In this document: piece by piece, positions 1-14,300 of the stretch
Layout: every line of letters starts with the position of its first letter
Numbering within the stretch: position 1 is the first letter of the stretch
Source of the DNA: Paraspadella gotoi
Lineage: Eukaryota; Animalia; Chaetognatha
Length of the DNA stretch: 64,000 bases
Direction: 5' to 3'
Assembly (NCBI GenBank): GCA_051294375.1
Contig: CM119266.1
Span: 4,951,770-5,015,769 of the forward strand
Program-made: the position numbers and the translations under genes
The notes under the pieces: model-generated
What the model was told of the DNA's origin: nothing
The model's database searches: none
The model's input: the letters and a program-made list of their open reading frames with translations, nothing else

Positions 1-286
1 TTTTTTCTCCACGGAATTTGTTATCGATAATACGTCTTGCTTATGTTTTTATCAGAAGACAATTTGCATATTTTAATTATTTAAATTCGTTTATCTTACC
101 TAATAGAATCTTGATACACAACAATAAAGAAATTCAAAATCTGATGTAGTTTTTCACTAATTTCCAACAGCCATAACAATAACATCAATCACCTCAACCC
201 CATCATCATCGTTATCATTAATAACACCGACTGCATCAACCCCATCAATCCCAACTACATCTCTTCCCCCCCCCTTTCTCCATCAG

Positions 287-1796
287 GCGTTGGCCTTCAC
301 GATGCTCATCGTCAGCGTCGCCGACGTCGCTGCCCTCAATTTTCCCTTCGTCCTCTTTATGGTCGTCGCCGTTCCGCTGCCCAAAATCAGGCCATTCATT
401 TCCATCGTGGGTAAGTTAATTTATGAACAGGCCTTTCATTTTTATTGTGGGTAAGTTAATTCATGAACAGGCCATTCATTTCCATCGTGGGTAAGTTAAT
501 TCACGAACAGGCCTTTCGTTTTTATTGTGGGTAAGTTAATTTATAATTAAGTTTCAATTACCCAGGCCTCTCTTACGCGGGCATCGTGATCTTGGCCAAG
601 ATGCTCTACCAGCTGGACTACCTCCACGACAGCCCGGTCATATGGAACTGCACGACCAACGAGACAAATCCTCCCTTTCCACTCGGGAGAACGGTGGGTG
701 ACAGATTCTTTTGGAGAGGCTGTAGTTATTTTTGGCGCGTGGAGAGATTGTGGGTGAGTTATTTGCTGGGTGTGGAGAGAATTTTTGGGTGCAGTTAATT
801 TGTGGTTGGGAGATTTGTGGGTCTGGCCAGTTATTGTGGGCGTGGACGAGATTGTGGGCTGCAGTTATTTGTGGGTGTGGAGATTTGTAAGGAGTGGCGA
901 ATCCTAAATTCGCCTCCCGTGTAATCTGGCTCAACGCAGCTCGTCCCATGATCTTGGACAGCTAAGTACTCGCTTACGAAACGTCAGTTCCGGGTTCAAT
1001 CCCCTCACAGTCACGCTGGTTAAAGTGTGATGGTGTCGGTATAAACACGCCAGTGACATGGGGTCGTCACCGCAGGTCCAAATCTCGATTTGTGTTTAAA
1101 AATTTTTTTTCATTTTTTGATTTAAATTCTCAGGTGGACATGGCAAATTGGTTCGGCCTCAGGGAAGTCGACTACATCCCCGTCTACATCAAAGACCAAA
1201 TCGTGCTGGTGCTGTTGTTTGTCTTGGAGGCCGTCGTTAAGATACATCAGGTGAAGAGGGGGAGAGAGAGGGGGAGAGAGGAAGTGATGAAGTGAGAGGC
1301 GCGGAAAAGGATAGATCGAAGAATGACAGAAATAGTGATAGTAATACATTTTTTTTAAAAGTCTAAATAAAAAGGGCTAAATACCATTTTAGGAAAAACT
1401 CATGGATGATACAAAGAGAAACAAATATATACAAACTCTAATACAAAGGGTAAAGAGGCAAAACAAATGGAAAGAAGCCAATATAATAAAGAAGGCGCCT
1501 ATACAATAGGGAAGGCACCTATACAGTGGGAAAAAGTCCAATACAATGAGAAAGTGCCAAAATGCGAATGGAAATATGAATAAGGAAATAAAAGGAACTA
1601 ATCCAATGACCAATCTCTCCTCTCCTATTCTCCACCTTATCCCCCCACGCACCAGACCCATCAGTTCTTATATCGTCCAGTCGACCTCCGGTACCGGATC
1701 CTTACGGCTCCTCTTACCTCCAACGCTAACGACGGGCTCCTTTCCCGCTGTCATAGTTTCTTCTTAATCATTTTCTTCTATAAATTCGGACTCGAG
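287..1796 (+). CDS. PIEZO: Piezo exon cluster 1 (four blade TM exons)
   Basis: [42 protein letters not shown]|[16 protein letters not shown]...|[12 protein letters not shown]...LEAVVKIHQ|...FFYKFGLE; canonical splice sites. Confidence 0.92.
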
Positions 1797-4700
1797 GTAA
1801 GAACGGACGTGTTGTTGTTGTTATGGTTGTTGTCATCGTTTTTGTACAGTTTGATGTTTTTGTTGCTTTTGTTGTCGTTGAGGCGGCTATATTGTCAGTG
1901 ATAATCTTTCTTGAAAAAAAATTTAATCTCGTTTGCATATTGCAGCGGTATTAAATATTTTTTTTGTATCGCGTGTTGTATCTAATTTTTGTGAAATTTT
2001 TAAAAAATACGGAGTTCGTAAATATTAGGAGACAGATTTTTGGGAGAGAACAAACTTAACGTCGATTCTCTCTGGACGTTGGACGTGATGTTTTTGTTTT
2101 AGTAGATCCTCATTACATGACGTGAGACCGCGAGGTATATTAGAACGATGCTAACTTGATTAAAAAAATAGTGTGTCAATTAAAACGAGAGAACAAAATA
2201 TTGTAGCATCTCTTTCTGTCCTCACTTACGATTTCGAGTTACATTCAACTATCAAGCATAAATATAAAATACCTCTATTAAAAACTGAAATTGGTACAAC
2301 CAATATAAAAATTATCCATTCATTTAATAAATAAGCTATCTTGCCCATGACTTTGGAAAGGATTTGGTGGTTTAAGGCCTCCATCACTCTTACAAGATAA
2401 TGACATAGCAGGTCCCTGCAAGCTTTCAATCAAGACTCTTTCACAGTCTTATTTATTCGCTCCCATAGTACCTGGCTTCCCTATCAATGAAGTGGTAATA
2501 ATATATTATGTATATTGTATATTTCACAAAATCGTCTCCGCGAATTTCTCCAGCGCCCCTAACGTCAGCTTTCCGTGCAGCGTCTCCGGCAGCCGAACAC
2601 GCGGCACGCCGTCGCCGCAGAGCAGCAACTTCTTCTCTGCCGAGTCGCAGAGGGGGCGGTCCGGCCGACGAGCCGACGGCGTGGACTTGATCCGAGGACG
2701 GTTCGACCGACAAGCGGCTTCGTCGGCCAAAATTGAAGAGTCGGGCGGAAGGGAAACGACTTGTCGGCGATTCGTCGGGTAGTTGTCGTTGTTGTCGTCG
2801 TCGGCGCCGGATTTTTCGATCCGGAAATCGCAATCGGTTCCGGAACTGAAGTGGAGTTCGACTTGGAATCGATCGTCGGCGTCGACGTCGTTGGTGGAAA
2901 TCTCGTAGAGTTTGATCACGATTTGGCTGGAAGGGGGGCGGTTGGGGGAAGAGGAAGAAAGGAAGAGGGGGGAAAGGTAGGAAGGGAAAGGAATAGAGGA
3001 AAAGGGAGGAAAGTGAAAAGGGAGTAGAGGAAAAAGGAGGAAAAGGAAAAGTGAAACTAGGGAATAGAGGAAAAAGGAGGAAAAGGAAAAGTGAAGCAAG
3101 GGAATTGAGGAAAAAGGAGAAAAAGGGAAAAAGGGAAGGGAAGGAAAGGGAAAAGCGAAGAAAGGGTAGAAAGGGAAAATGGAAAACAAAGTTTGTCACT
3201 GACCTTGTCAATATTTAAAAAGAAAAAGGCTTTTGATGTAGTTAAAAATCGTGTTATTAAAAATAGTAATCGTTCAGTCGGATTAATCTTTAAATATAAA
3301 ATTCTCACCTCAAATAATTCAACTCAGATACTCTCGCCAATCGATCCAAGGATTTCCTCCAAATGTCGTCCGACTCATCGTTATCGATTTCTCCGTGATA
3401 AATCACGTTGAGTAACGAGTGAATGTGACTCTCACTCGTGAAGTAGAATCTCGTCTTGATCTGTGATTGTGGGTAGAGACGTTGACCTCCGATCACCAAT
3501 GAGAGATCTTGGTAGATCTTGCGCATCAATGGTTGGATTATGCCGCGTCCGATTTCTAATTTATCCTTTGTGTTGAAAAAGGAAATAGAATTATGGTTTT
3601 ATACAAATTAATAATTTACTTGATATTATGATTTTGTTTTTGTTTTTAAAATTTGGGTTTAATAATATACAACGGTACAACTTTCTTAAAAATTATTCAT
3701 TCATTTAATAAATTAGATTCCTGGTTTTTGATAGGCTTTGTTAAGGCGTACATTTCTCAAATTAGGTTGCAGAATCTTGCAAGCTTTCAATCAAGACTTC
3801 AAAAATCTCGCTTATTAACAAAATGAATCAAAATATATAAATTCCATTCAAAAACACCTGTACAGTAATCCCGTACTCCATAGGCACCACTAAATCGGCC
3901 ATAGACTTGGCGTCTCGCAAAAACTTTTCCCAATCTTCATAAATCAGCATCGACCTGTTGTGTTGGAAATCGTATTTGATGGAATCGTAAATGTCTGGAA
4001 TTTTCGAGATGCGGAAGCCGTCGCCTTTTCTCTTGAAATCTTCTTTCAATTTCTCCCATCGGCGATACATGAGATTTAGGCTTTCTGATGTTGGAGGGGG
4101 AAAAAAAATTATGAAGATTATAAAATTATTATGCGTCAATTGTAAACAAGCAAATTTAATATTGTTTGACTTAATTTGCACTGAGAGAAGAAAATCAGCA
4201 AAGCAATAAACAATATTTTATCGCTTTGACTTAAACAAAGCATGTGTTGAAAACTGAAGCGTTGTGGAACTGTTTGCTTTAGTCAAGGAGCACGAATAAC
4301 TGAATAGTTTGTCTCGAGTGTCGCCTAAACTTTTCCATCTATCACAGATATCACTAATTCATCTTCCCCACCTTTGTGATAAAGCCTAACGTCTCGATTG
4401 ACGGGGTCTTTCATCATCCTCCGAACCACACCGACAAAGTCTTCGATCATCCCAGCGATTCGTTCGCACGTCCGACGCGGGTTTACGATCTCGCGCATCG
4501 CGTCGCCGATCGAGATGGAGGGTCCTTCGCTCTCGCGGGCGAACAACTTGAAACCAGGCCGAGGGGGGGGGGTGTTGAAGGAGGATAAATTGGATGAGCG
4601 GGTGATCAGACGGCCTGATTTTTAGTATAACTTTCTTTGGGCAAGTTTTTAATTTTAAATTTAATTCTACTTATTAAAGGAAGCTAAATTATTAATATTA

Positions 4701-7700
4701 ATAACCATCCAAATTTCTTGTAAAAATCAGCAGGGCGCGAACCCGGGTTCTTTTGGGTTGGGAATAGATTGGGCTGCTGATTCTCGGACGAGTTGTAATT
4801 TCCCCTTAAACCGTGTCTCACCAAAAAATCTCTCTCAGTGAAATCTTCGTCCGTCTCCAACCGCAGATGGATTTTGGTTTTGACTGCCTCTTGCAGACTG
4901 GCCACTTCGGACGCGTTGTCAAGCAGACCGTCCGTGTTGGCGCTCTTGACCATCTGAGCCAGGATGGGGGTCAGCTGACCCTCCAGTTCCAGGAGGCCTT
5001 TTCAGTTAAGGGGAAGAGCGAAATTAGGAATTTAGAATATATAATTTTTGTTTTGGACCCTGATTTAATATAATATAATAATTTAAAACTTAAAAATATT
5101 TGACAATTGTTTTTAAAAAAACATAGTACACAATTAATAACTTAAAACATATAACTTTAAACCTTTCGTAAACGCTGCGGCAGTCATCTGCACCCTTCCT
5201 TCATCGGACGCATAAATCTTCAAATCCGCCGCCGACGTGCTGTGCAGCCGCAGCAACCCGAAGGTGCGGCGGATGATCTCGCATGAACTGTGCCGACGGC
5301 GTTGACGCCGCGTTTGAGGACTCGTGGCCTTCTGGAGGTCGGGGTCTCTCGAAGGCGCCGTCAGAAATCGGGAAGACGCTTTGTCTCTTCTTCGGATTTG
5401 ATCCGTTTCGCGAGTTTTTGAAGAATCGTCGAAAATGTCGTCGTCAGCGTCGACATCTTTGTTCTTGAGGGGAAAAAGAACATAAAGAACAAAAAGAACA
5501 TAAAGAAAGAATATTGTTGGTAGTTGCTATTTCCAGAAGACAACACTAACGTCCCCAACCCAATAAGAGGAAAATAGTGATTAAAAATAATTTAACAAAA
5601 TAAAAAAAATCATAAATATTAAATATTTTAAAATGATTTTAAAAGTGATTTTGCAAGTTTCATAGACAATGAGATTCATTGTATTGGAAAAAGGAGGTTG
5701 GGATACCATTACCGGAAGATTACAACCTCAAAGATCACAGTTTCTAACCCAACTCGGGACAGTCCTTGCCTCAAATTGACCGGTCGATTAACCCACCGGT
5801 AGCCGGGACCGCCTATCCAAATTCTATATTTCTAGTCAACTGTCAAAGACCCACGGGGCACATTAAGTGTGAGAGATTTTGACAAAGGACGCTCAAATAC
5901 CTCGTCGGCGTCGATCGTTTCATCGAGCGAAAGTCCAACTGCTTCGTCGTCGTTGTCGGGATACATCGTGCGACGGAACCAACGACCCAGAGATTCTGCC
6001 TTGAATTTATGATAAATGATAGATTTAATATAGTGTAACCTCAGTCATATATTATGAAGTTGTGGGTGTTTCCTAAGAACCTTACCCTCGCTGGATCCTT
6101 TACTTACTTGCTTTTTCCCCGCTGAAGTCAGTTCTCCTCCCCACTTCATCGCGATCATTAGCGGCCTCCGCCCCGTCGCTGCAGCTGCTGCCCCACTTTC
6201 CGCCGCAGCTGCCTCATCCCTAACTCCACTCTCCCCTTCCTCATCCACGATCCGCTTGAGAATAGCCTTCCTGTAGACTCCACGGAAGCTCCCGTGCTGC
6301 TCCAACACCTCCACGATCTGAGAGAGAGTCGCTCTCTCGTCCGCTTCCATCCGCCGCAGCAGAGCCGCGTCGTTGAGAATGCTGCGCATGACGACGAGGA
6401 ATTCCTGCAGCAGCGCGGGATGTTTCAATTTGACGCTTGGGCGAGTCTCGCCTCCGTGCTTTTGGAAGAGTTGGTAGATGGCGGGATAATCGACAATGAC
6501 TAGTTTTGGGATGGGAAGGAGAGAATAAAAGGACAATTTAAATTTTATGCTTTATAATTAATCCAAAATCGGACGTTAGGTAAAATAATGTAATACAATT
6601 ACGTACATGGAATAAAAATTTTGATATTGATAAAAAAATAATTTAAAAAATAAAAATAAAATGACAAAAAAATAATGTATTTATTCAAAATCGGACGTTA
6701 GGTAAAATAATGTAATACAATTACATGGAATAAAAATTTTGATATTGATAAAAAAATAAGTTAAAAAATAAAAATAAAATGACAAAAAATAATGTATTTA
6801 TTTAATAAATAGCTATAGAATGTTAATTCTTCCTTCTCTCTTGTAAAATGCGTCAACTTTAGGTTTTAATTTTAATTAATAACTGATACATAATTATTTA
6901 TTTTATAATTTGTGAAACCAACTCTTGATCTTTTGTTTGGGCGTCCTGTCCGCGTGTCTCACGACGGCCACTACGCAGCGCAGTTGTCGATTCGACGTCG
7001 ACTTGCCGTTTTGTCCGTGCTGTTCGGGCAACAACCCCAGCGCCGCCGACGGAGGAATTTTCATGTCGATCGCGAATTTGGAAAACAAAAGACTTAACAA
7101 GTCGGGGAGGCCTGGAGTGAGGAAAATATACTGAATTGAACCATTTTCATAGTTTTAAATTCAATTTAAGCTAAATATGAATACGACAAGCTTCATTTCA
7201 ATTATTCAACTTTTTTTATAGGAGAGGGATGTTTAGTTATATTTAGTTATATTACTTTATTTTTACAACCCAAGGAAATAGAAATATTTTAAAATTGTAA
7301 ATTAAGCTAATGCACGTCTGGGCCCAATAATTACTCCTGGCCGCGAGCAAATGACTTTCCCCTTTCTGCATCTCCAACTTACTCATGACCGTCGGCACCG
7401 GAGTTCCCCGACACGCCTCTATGATCATAGTGGAAAGAATCTGCGCGCAGTCGTCGTAATATTTTGACGAATTTTTGACGAAACTCATCCCGTTGACGTC
7501 AACTACGTAAGAATCGTGATCCGTGCGAAGAAGATCGAAGCCGCAGATGTTTTGTTTGAAGGCGCTCACGATCTTGCTGGAGATTGGGAAACAGTGGGAA
7601 TGGGTTGATTTTAGTGCTTCCGAGAGCTGTTTCGTTTCTGCAGGTTGTTTTTGTCTGTCGCTACTCGCTAGTCACTAGTCCGTTTTAACTTACGAGTATC

Positions 7701-10700
7701 TGCTTCTTCTTGGCCTGAATTCCGATGCTCATATCAGTTTCACTCTAAACCATACTTCTATGCATACTATATGCATTCTTTTTGCTTTAATACTGAAGTG
7801 CAATTGTGCAATTGTACATATTTGCTTCTCTTCGGCCTCAATACTGACATACAATTGCGTATATCAGTTCCACTCGACACTGCAGTTCATATATCCTTTT
7901 TTTTGTCTCGATACTATCGTGCATATGCTTATATGCCTTGATACTTGACTTCTCGCATACTAACGTGCATATCTGCTTTTCCTTCCCCTTAAGTATGACT
8001 GGATATCGCAATTCTTTCCCATCTTCGTCCCTTTGCACCACGCCGTCCAACGCTGGCGACTTTCTCGATTCCGCATGGGCATAATGCGGGCCGACCACGT
8101 AGATCTGTGGAGAGGGAAAAGGATTTGAAGAAGTTGTTGAGGGATTTAGAAAAACAAATGAGCAATTAGTGAAAAACGGAACGTGTTCTCTGTATTAAAC
8201 TGTTAAAAAGTTTTTATACAATTTCTTACTAATATTTGAAGAGGGATAAATCCCTTTGAAACCCACTACAGCCGGTCCAAAATCTGGAAGTCGCCTAATA
8301 CTTCTTTATATGATAATATGTACTATTTATTTAATAAATGACATGTACTTATTAACATTATTAATTGTTTAAGGATCACTAAATAAACCACCAAAAATGT
8401 CACCTTGATATCTTTTCCGTCGGTCGGCGTGAATTCCTCGTAAATGTAGGATTTGTCTCTTCTTATTTTCGATTCTGTGGAATAAATGCTGCTTCGGGAT
8501 CCGATCTTTCTGAGGGGGAGAGAGAGAGAGAGAGAGAGAGAGTGAGAGATTAGGATCTAATTTACAGGACATTAATGGAATTATAGAAAAGATTAGAAAG
8601 AGGGAAGAGGGTTTCTATCGTAGGGAAGAGGGAGGGGTTAGCAAAAAAGGAAGAGACCATGATTTCTCCCGAGGATGCGAGATAAAAAGGGAAGAGAGAG
8701 AGAGAGAGACAGAAAAATGATGGATGGCGGAAGAAAGAAAGAGGTATTAAAAAGGAAGGAAAGAAAAGATAGGTGACGAAAAAAGAGAGGAAAGATAAGA
8801 AAGAATAAACCGCTAAGATGAAGCCAATAGAAAAGGAAGGAGATATTAATAAATAACAATAATAATAAAGAAAAAACGGCGTCGAGTAAATAAATAAATA
8901 AATGAATAAATAAAAAAATGAGCAAATGGGGAAAAATAAAACAGAAACAAACTTTAAATTTTACTTAAAAATCTCCAAAACCAAGCTTTAGCTGACAAAA
9001 CGGACCTAACCAATAATTTAAAGTTTTAAACATTACAAAACAAACACAAAACAAAAAAACAAAACCCTACAAAACAAACTCAAACCCCGTCCCTTCAAAA
9101 CCTAAAGAGCCTCTGACTTCCTCCTCCAGTAGACGATGGATAATAGATGAAGACGTTGTGATCTTCGGCGTCGATCGGTTTCTCCACAAAAGGTTTGTGG
9201 AAGACCACACCATTGAGGGTGATGGAGTCGAGCTCCTCTACTACATCAGCCGAGCTGGGGTCGAGGGGGTCTCGGTGAAGAACCTGGGGGGGGGAAGTGG
9301 GCGTGGCGGAAGTTGGTTTGGTGGTTGTTCTTTATGGAATGACTATGAAATTGGTACAACCAAAAATTATCTATAAGATAAGTTATGTTGCCCCTGACAT
9401 TAGATATGATGGATTAAGGCCTCCATTAGACATTAGACATTAGACATGATGGATTTAGGCCTCCATTAGACATGATGGATTTAGGCCTCCATCCCCTTTA
9501 CAAGATAATGATACAGCAGGATCCCGCAAGCTTTTATTACTGAATTGATGTTTGGAGTGATATATATGTTGGTAAGTGACTTGTTTATATACATATATCA
9601 ATACAGCAAATTTAAATTCACTATTTATTTTAGGTTGTAATTGTTTAAATCGGTCGCATTTAATTAAGTGATATTTTGTGTTGGTCGTGAATGCCGCCAA
9701 TTTGACGAAGACAATTTCCCCCAAAAAATTGAATGTGATTGGTCGAGATTGGATTTTTTGATTTCTTTTCGAATGTGATTGGTCGAGATTGGATTCTTTG
9801 ATTTCTTTTTGAATGTGATTGGTTGATATTGCAATCTTTGATTTCTTTTTGAATGTGATTGGTCAAGATTGGATTCTTTGATTTCTTTTCAAATGTGATT
9901 GGTCGAGATTGGATTCCTTGATTTCTTTTCTAATGTGATTGGTTGATATTGGATTCTTTGATTTCTTTTCAAAAGTGATTGGTTGAGATTGGATTCTTTG
10001 ATTTCTTTTTGAATGTGATTGGTCGAGATTGGATTCTTTGATTTCTTTTCGAATGTGATTGGTCGATATTGGATTCCTTGATTCCTTTTCTAATGTGATT
10101 GGTTGATATTGGATTCTTTGATTTGTTTTCGAATGTGATTGGTTGATATTGGATTCTTTGATTTCTTTTCAAATGTGATTGGTCGAGATTAGATTCTTTG
10201 ATTTCTTTTCGAATGTGATTGGTTGATATTGGATTCTTTGATTTCTTTTCAAAAGTGATTGGTTGAGATTGGATTCTTTGATTTCTTTTCTGCTTGGGAC
10301 TTGAAGTTGGAACGATTTAGTTGTGAGGCTTTGATTGTCGAATCTTGTGATCGACTTGTGAACGACGACGATGAAGACGGCGACGGAGAAATTGCATTTG
10401 TCGAATCCAATCTTGGACGTTTGACTGTTGTTGCTGTTGTTCTTGTCGTTTTTGTTGTTGTTGTAATTTAATTTTATTTGGGGTCATTGTTTTAAAACAC
10501 GACAATTTGATATTTTCGGGTTTTACTAGGTTTGTTTTGCAATATTTTATCAGTTTTTTTTTAACTACTTCAGAATCGATCCTAGTACTTTCTCATTGCT
10601 ATATCTTCCTTTGTCATCTTGATCTATTCTGTCATCCTGTGTCATTTTCCCCCTTTTGTCATCTTGATCTATTCTGTCATCGTGTGTCATCTCCTTTCGG

Positions 10701-11113
10701 TTTTTCTTTCGATGGAATAAAAACGAAAATCGATTCCAAATAAAAAAATCCTCGTTTCTCGAAATTAAATCGAAGAAAAGGATCGGAGATAGAGGAACGA
10801 TGTCTCTGTCTCTCTCTAACCCCCCCTCTCTCTCTCTCTCTGTGTGTCTCTGTCTCTCTCTCTTTTTCTATCTCTCTCTCTCTTCCTCCCTCTTCGCCTT
10901 TTGTAAACCACAGAAAACGAGAGAGATAAGCGGCCGAGAGGGAATGGGGCGTTGAAGGGGGGAACTGAAGTGGGTAAGGATGGGGGGGGGGTGGTTCGAC
11001 TTAACCAACGATTCGAGTGGAAAAGTCAATTCGACTCGAAAGACGAACGAACGACAACAACAACGACAATCACGACGACGGCCCTTCGAAGCGGGAAGGA
11101 AATGAAGCGAAAT

Positions 11114-11145
<32 letters not shown>

Positions 11146-11270
11146 CAAAGTGCCAAAGAGAAACAACAAGTTTCTATGCTGAAGCTTTAAAAAAAGGGTT
11201 TAAGACGATAAAAGGAGATTTAAATAAAAATGGGAGATAAAAAAAAAATCGGGATGAAAGATAAAAAAAT

Positions 11271-11319
<49 letters not shown>

Positions 11320-14300
11320 GTCTCGGGGTAAAAAAAAAATGAGTGAAAAAATAAAATCAGCAAAAGAAAAAAAGATGACGTCGAATCGCGATGTGGATAA
11401 AAGAGTTGTTGTTGTTGTTGTTGTTTGTTTATAGAAAAAATTATCCAGCTAGATAGAGGAAAAAAAAAGAGGAAAGTTGCTTGGGTCGGAGTAGCGGTCG
11501 GAGTAGCGGTCGGAGTAGCGGTCGGAGTAGCGGTCGGAGGAAACTCCAATTGAATAAAAGCGATTGATTCAGATTAGCTCTCGTTATTTTCTAGATGGAA
11601 CAAGCCAATGCCAGAAATAGCATCAAGATTTAGATGCCAGAAGAAAATTTAATATATTTTTTTTACATTACTTAATTTCACATTGTTAGAATTAAAGATA
11701 AGGCCATGTTGTAATATTTTTTGTTTGGACTATAGTTAGGACTTACGTTGTGGTACAATGCTGTCATTTGTCACTAACTACCCGGTGTCCGCTGCTAATT
11801 GGAAGCATTTTTAAGTTTTTTCTAATTATTTTATGAAATATCTAGGAATAAAATAGTTGGGATATTTATTGTAATTGTTTTTGAGTAATACATTTTTTTA
11901 TGATATCACTTAACATCGGACGTAGAAATGGTTAAACAACCGCACAAAATTAAAATCCAAGATCTAAAATTTTCAAAACCCGATTATCTGGTCACGTGAT
12001 CTTTTTATCACGTGATCAAAACCTTTTTTCAACGACGGATCAAACCGAGCGTGCGTAATGAACAAGCAACGGGTAGAGATAAGCCAGTGAAGAAAAAAGA
12101 AAAGAAAAGGAAAAAAGTTTTGGCGTCATTGAAAATAGAGAGGGTCGCGACAGAGCGAATCCTTAAAAGGCCAGAAAAAGAAAAAAAAAGAAAGAAAACC
12201 CGATTTGTTTTCGATTCTGTATTTTGGTTTAGATTCCATCTTCGATGGGAAAAAGGAAAAAGAAAAAAAAGGAAAGAAGATTGAAAGAGAAAAAGGAAAA
12301 AGAAAGGAAAGAAGATTGAAAGGAAAAAGAAAAAAAGGGAAAAAGATTGAAAGGAAAAAGAAAAAAGGAAAGGGGACTGAAAGGAAAGGAGGAAATCCGA
12401 AAAAAGAAAAAGATTATTGAAAATAATTCAAGGCGTTTTCTCAGCGCATCAGACAATTTTTTTTTAAAACCGATTTTTAAAATTAAATAAATTAAATTAA
12501 ATTAAATTAAAGATTTAAAGGATAGAACCTTTTATCAGAATATTTGTTAAAAAAACTTTTCTACAGACAGACCGACTGACAGACCGACAGACAGACAGAN
12601 NNNNNNNNNNNNNNNNNGACAGACAGACCGACAGACAGACCGACTGAAAAACTTAATATCGTCGCTTCGCGACTGAAAAAAGAAAATGAAAAGAAAGGAA
12701 AAAAAAAAAGAAGACAACTTTTTTGTGATCTCAACTTTGCTCATCGAAAAATGAAATCAAGTGAACGAAAAGATAAGCGAAGATTCAAAATTTGAAAGGA
12801 AAGAAAGAAAGAAAGAAAGAATGAAGGAAATCAAGTGAATGGAAAGATAAGCGAAGATTCAAAATTTGAACGGAAAGAAAGAAAGAAAGAAAGAATGAAT
12901 GAAATCAAGTGAATGGAAAGATAAGCCGAGATCCAAAATTGGAAAGGAAAGAAAGAATGAATGGTTTTAAAAAAATCTTTTAGAAAAATCCTTTTTCTTA
13001 TTCTTTCTTTGTCATTCTCTCTCTCCTTCTTTCATTCTCTCTCTCTCCCTCTTTCACTCTCTCTCCCTCTCTCTTTTCCTCTCACTTCATATCTGGGCAC
13101 GTCGACCCCCGCCCTCTCCAACACGGCGTGGATGTGTTCCCTGTCCTGAAGGAGGATCTGTTCCTTCAAATCGTTGACGACGAAAGGTTTTCTCAGCTCC
13201 GCGTAATCGATGGCCTTTTGAAGTGGAAATCCTTTTGAGAAGAAGGAAAGGAGCGCGTCGCAGGGGGGCCACTGGTCTGGGGGCGAGGCGAGGATGGTTC
13301 GTTCTTGGGGGGGGGGGGGGAGAGGGGGAATTGTTGAAATTTTTCTTTTAAATTTTATAAACGAAAAACTTTGTACATAAATACCAGCAAAATTTTTTAG
13401 GGAGCTATAGACTATAGTCTATTTACACACAATTATTAAGCACAATTAAAAACAACTATTTTTCCTAATACCAAAGAAACAAATTAAAATTGCATACTTA
13501 GAAATAAGATTTACATAGTATATAAAAATTTAATGACAAAAAATTCAAATTAATTTCATTTAAAAAAAGCTACCTTATACAAAAAACTGAAGCAAAATAT
13601 AAAAAATTAAAGTAAAGGCAAGTATGATAAAAAAAAACCCGAAAAATAAGAAGAAACAAATAAAAACACACATATAAACATACTTAAAAAACAAAAAATC
13701 ATCACAAAATCAAAGAAACAAAGTAGCATCGTCCCATTTCACCCGCGCGCCCTCTCACCGGGAAAGACCCGAACTTCGACTCCGGCGATTCTTCTCATTC
13801 GATCCAAAATTTCCTTCATTGGTTTCGACGCCGTCTTCTTCTCCATAGCAACGACGCCGAGGACTACGACAGGGTCCAAGTCCGCAGAGTCCGAGTCGGG
13901 TGTCGGAGGCGGCTGCATTGGGGTGGACGGGCCGGTGGAAGGGGTGGGGATCACAGTCGGGCGCGGGAAAGGTCGAAGACTGTCGTCGTTGAGAGCGATG
14001 GGCATCGAGGGTATTGACGGCATTGACGGCATCGGAGAATGGAGATACTGTTGGTTTGCATGAAACAAAGAAAAAGAGAGAATAGGGTGTTTCAAGAGAA
14101 ACGTGGAATTTTGAGTCATAATTTTTTTATATATTTATATTTAAATTCTATATTGAAGTGATATAATAAAAAATTATCAAAACAATTATTTTTTTTTAAA
14201 TTTTAATTTTAAACTTATCTGATGAAAAGCTAAAATTCGTTCAAAATATTCTTGTATGAAATGGGGAAAATAATTATTAAATAAAAATCAAACTTAAATA

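Noticed and set aside
946-1010. tRNA gene
   Set aside because: Only a B-box/T-arm-like motif; no acceptor stem or anticodon arm could be folded.
9731-10290. Regularly spaced repeats resembling a CRISPR array (also 34450-34686, 48985-49460)
   Set aside because: Head-to-tail units without unique spacers, eukaryotic context and no cas genes: these are minisatellites.
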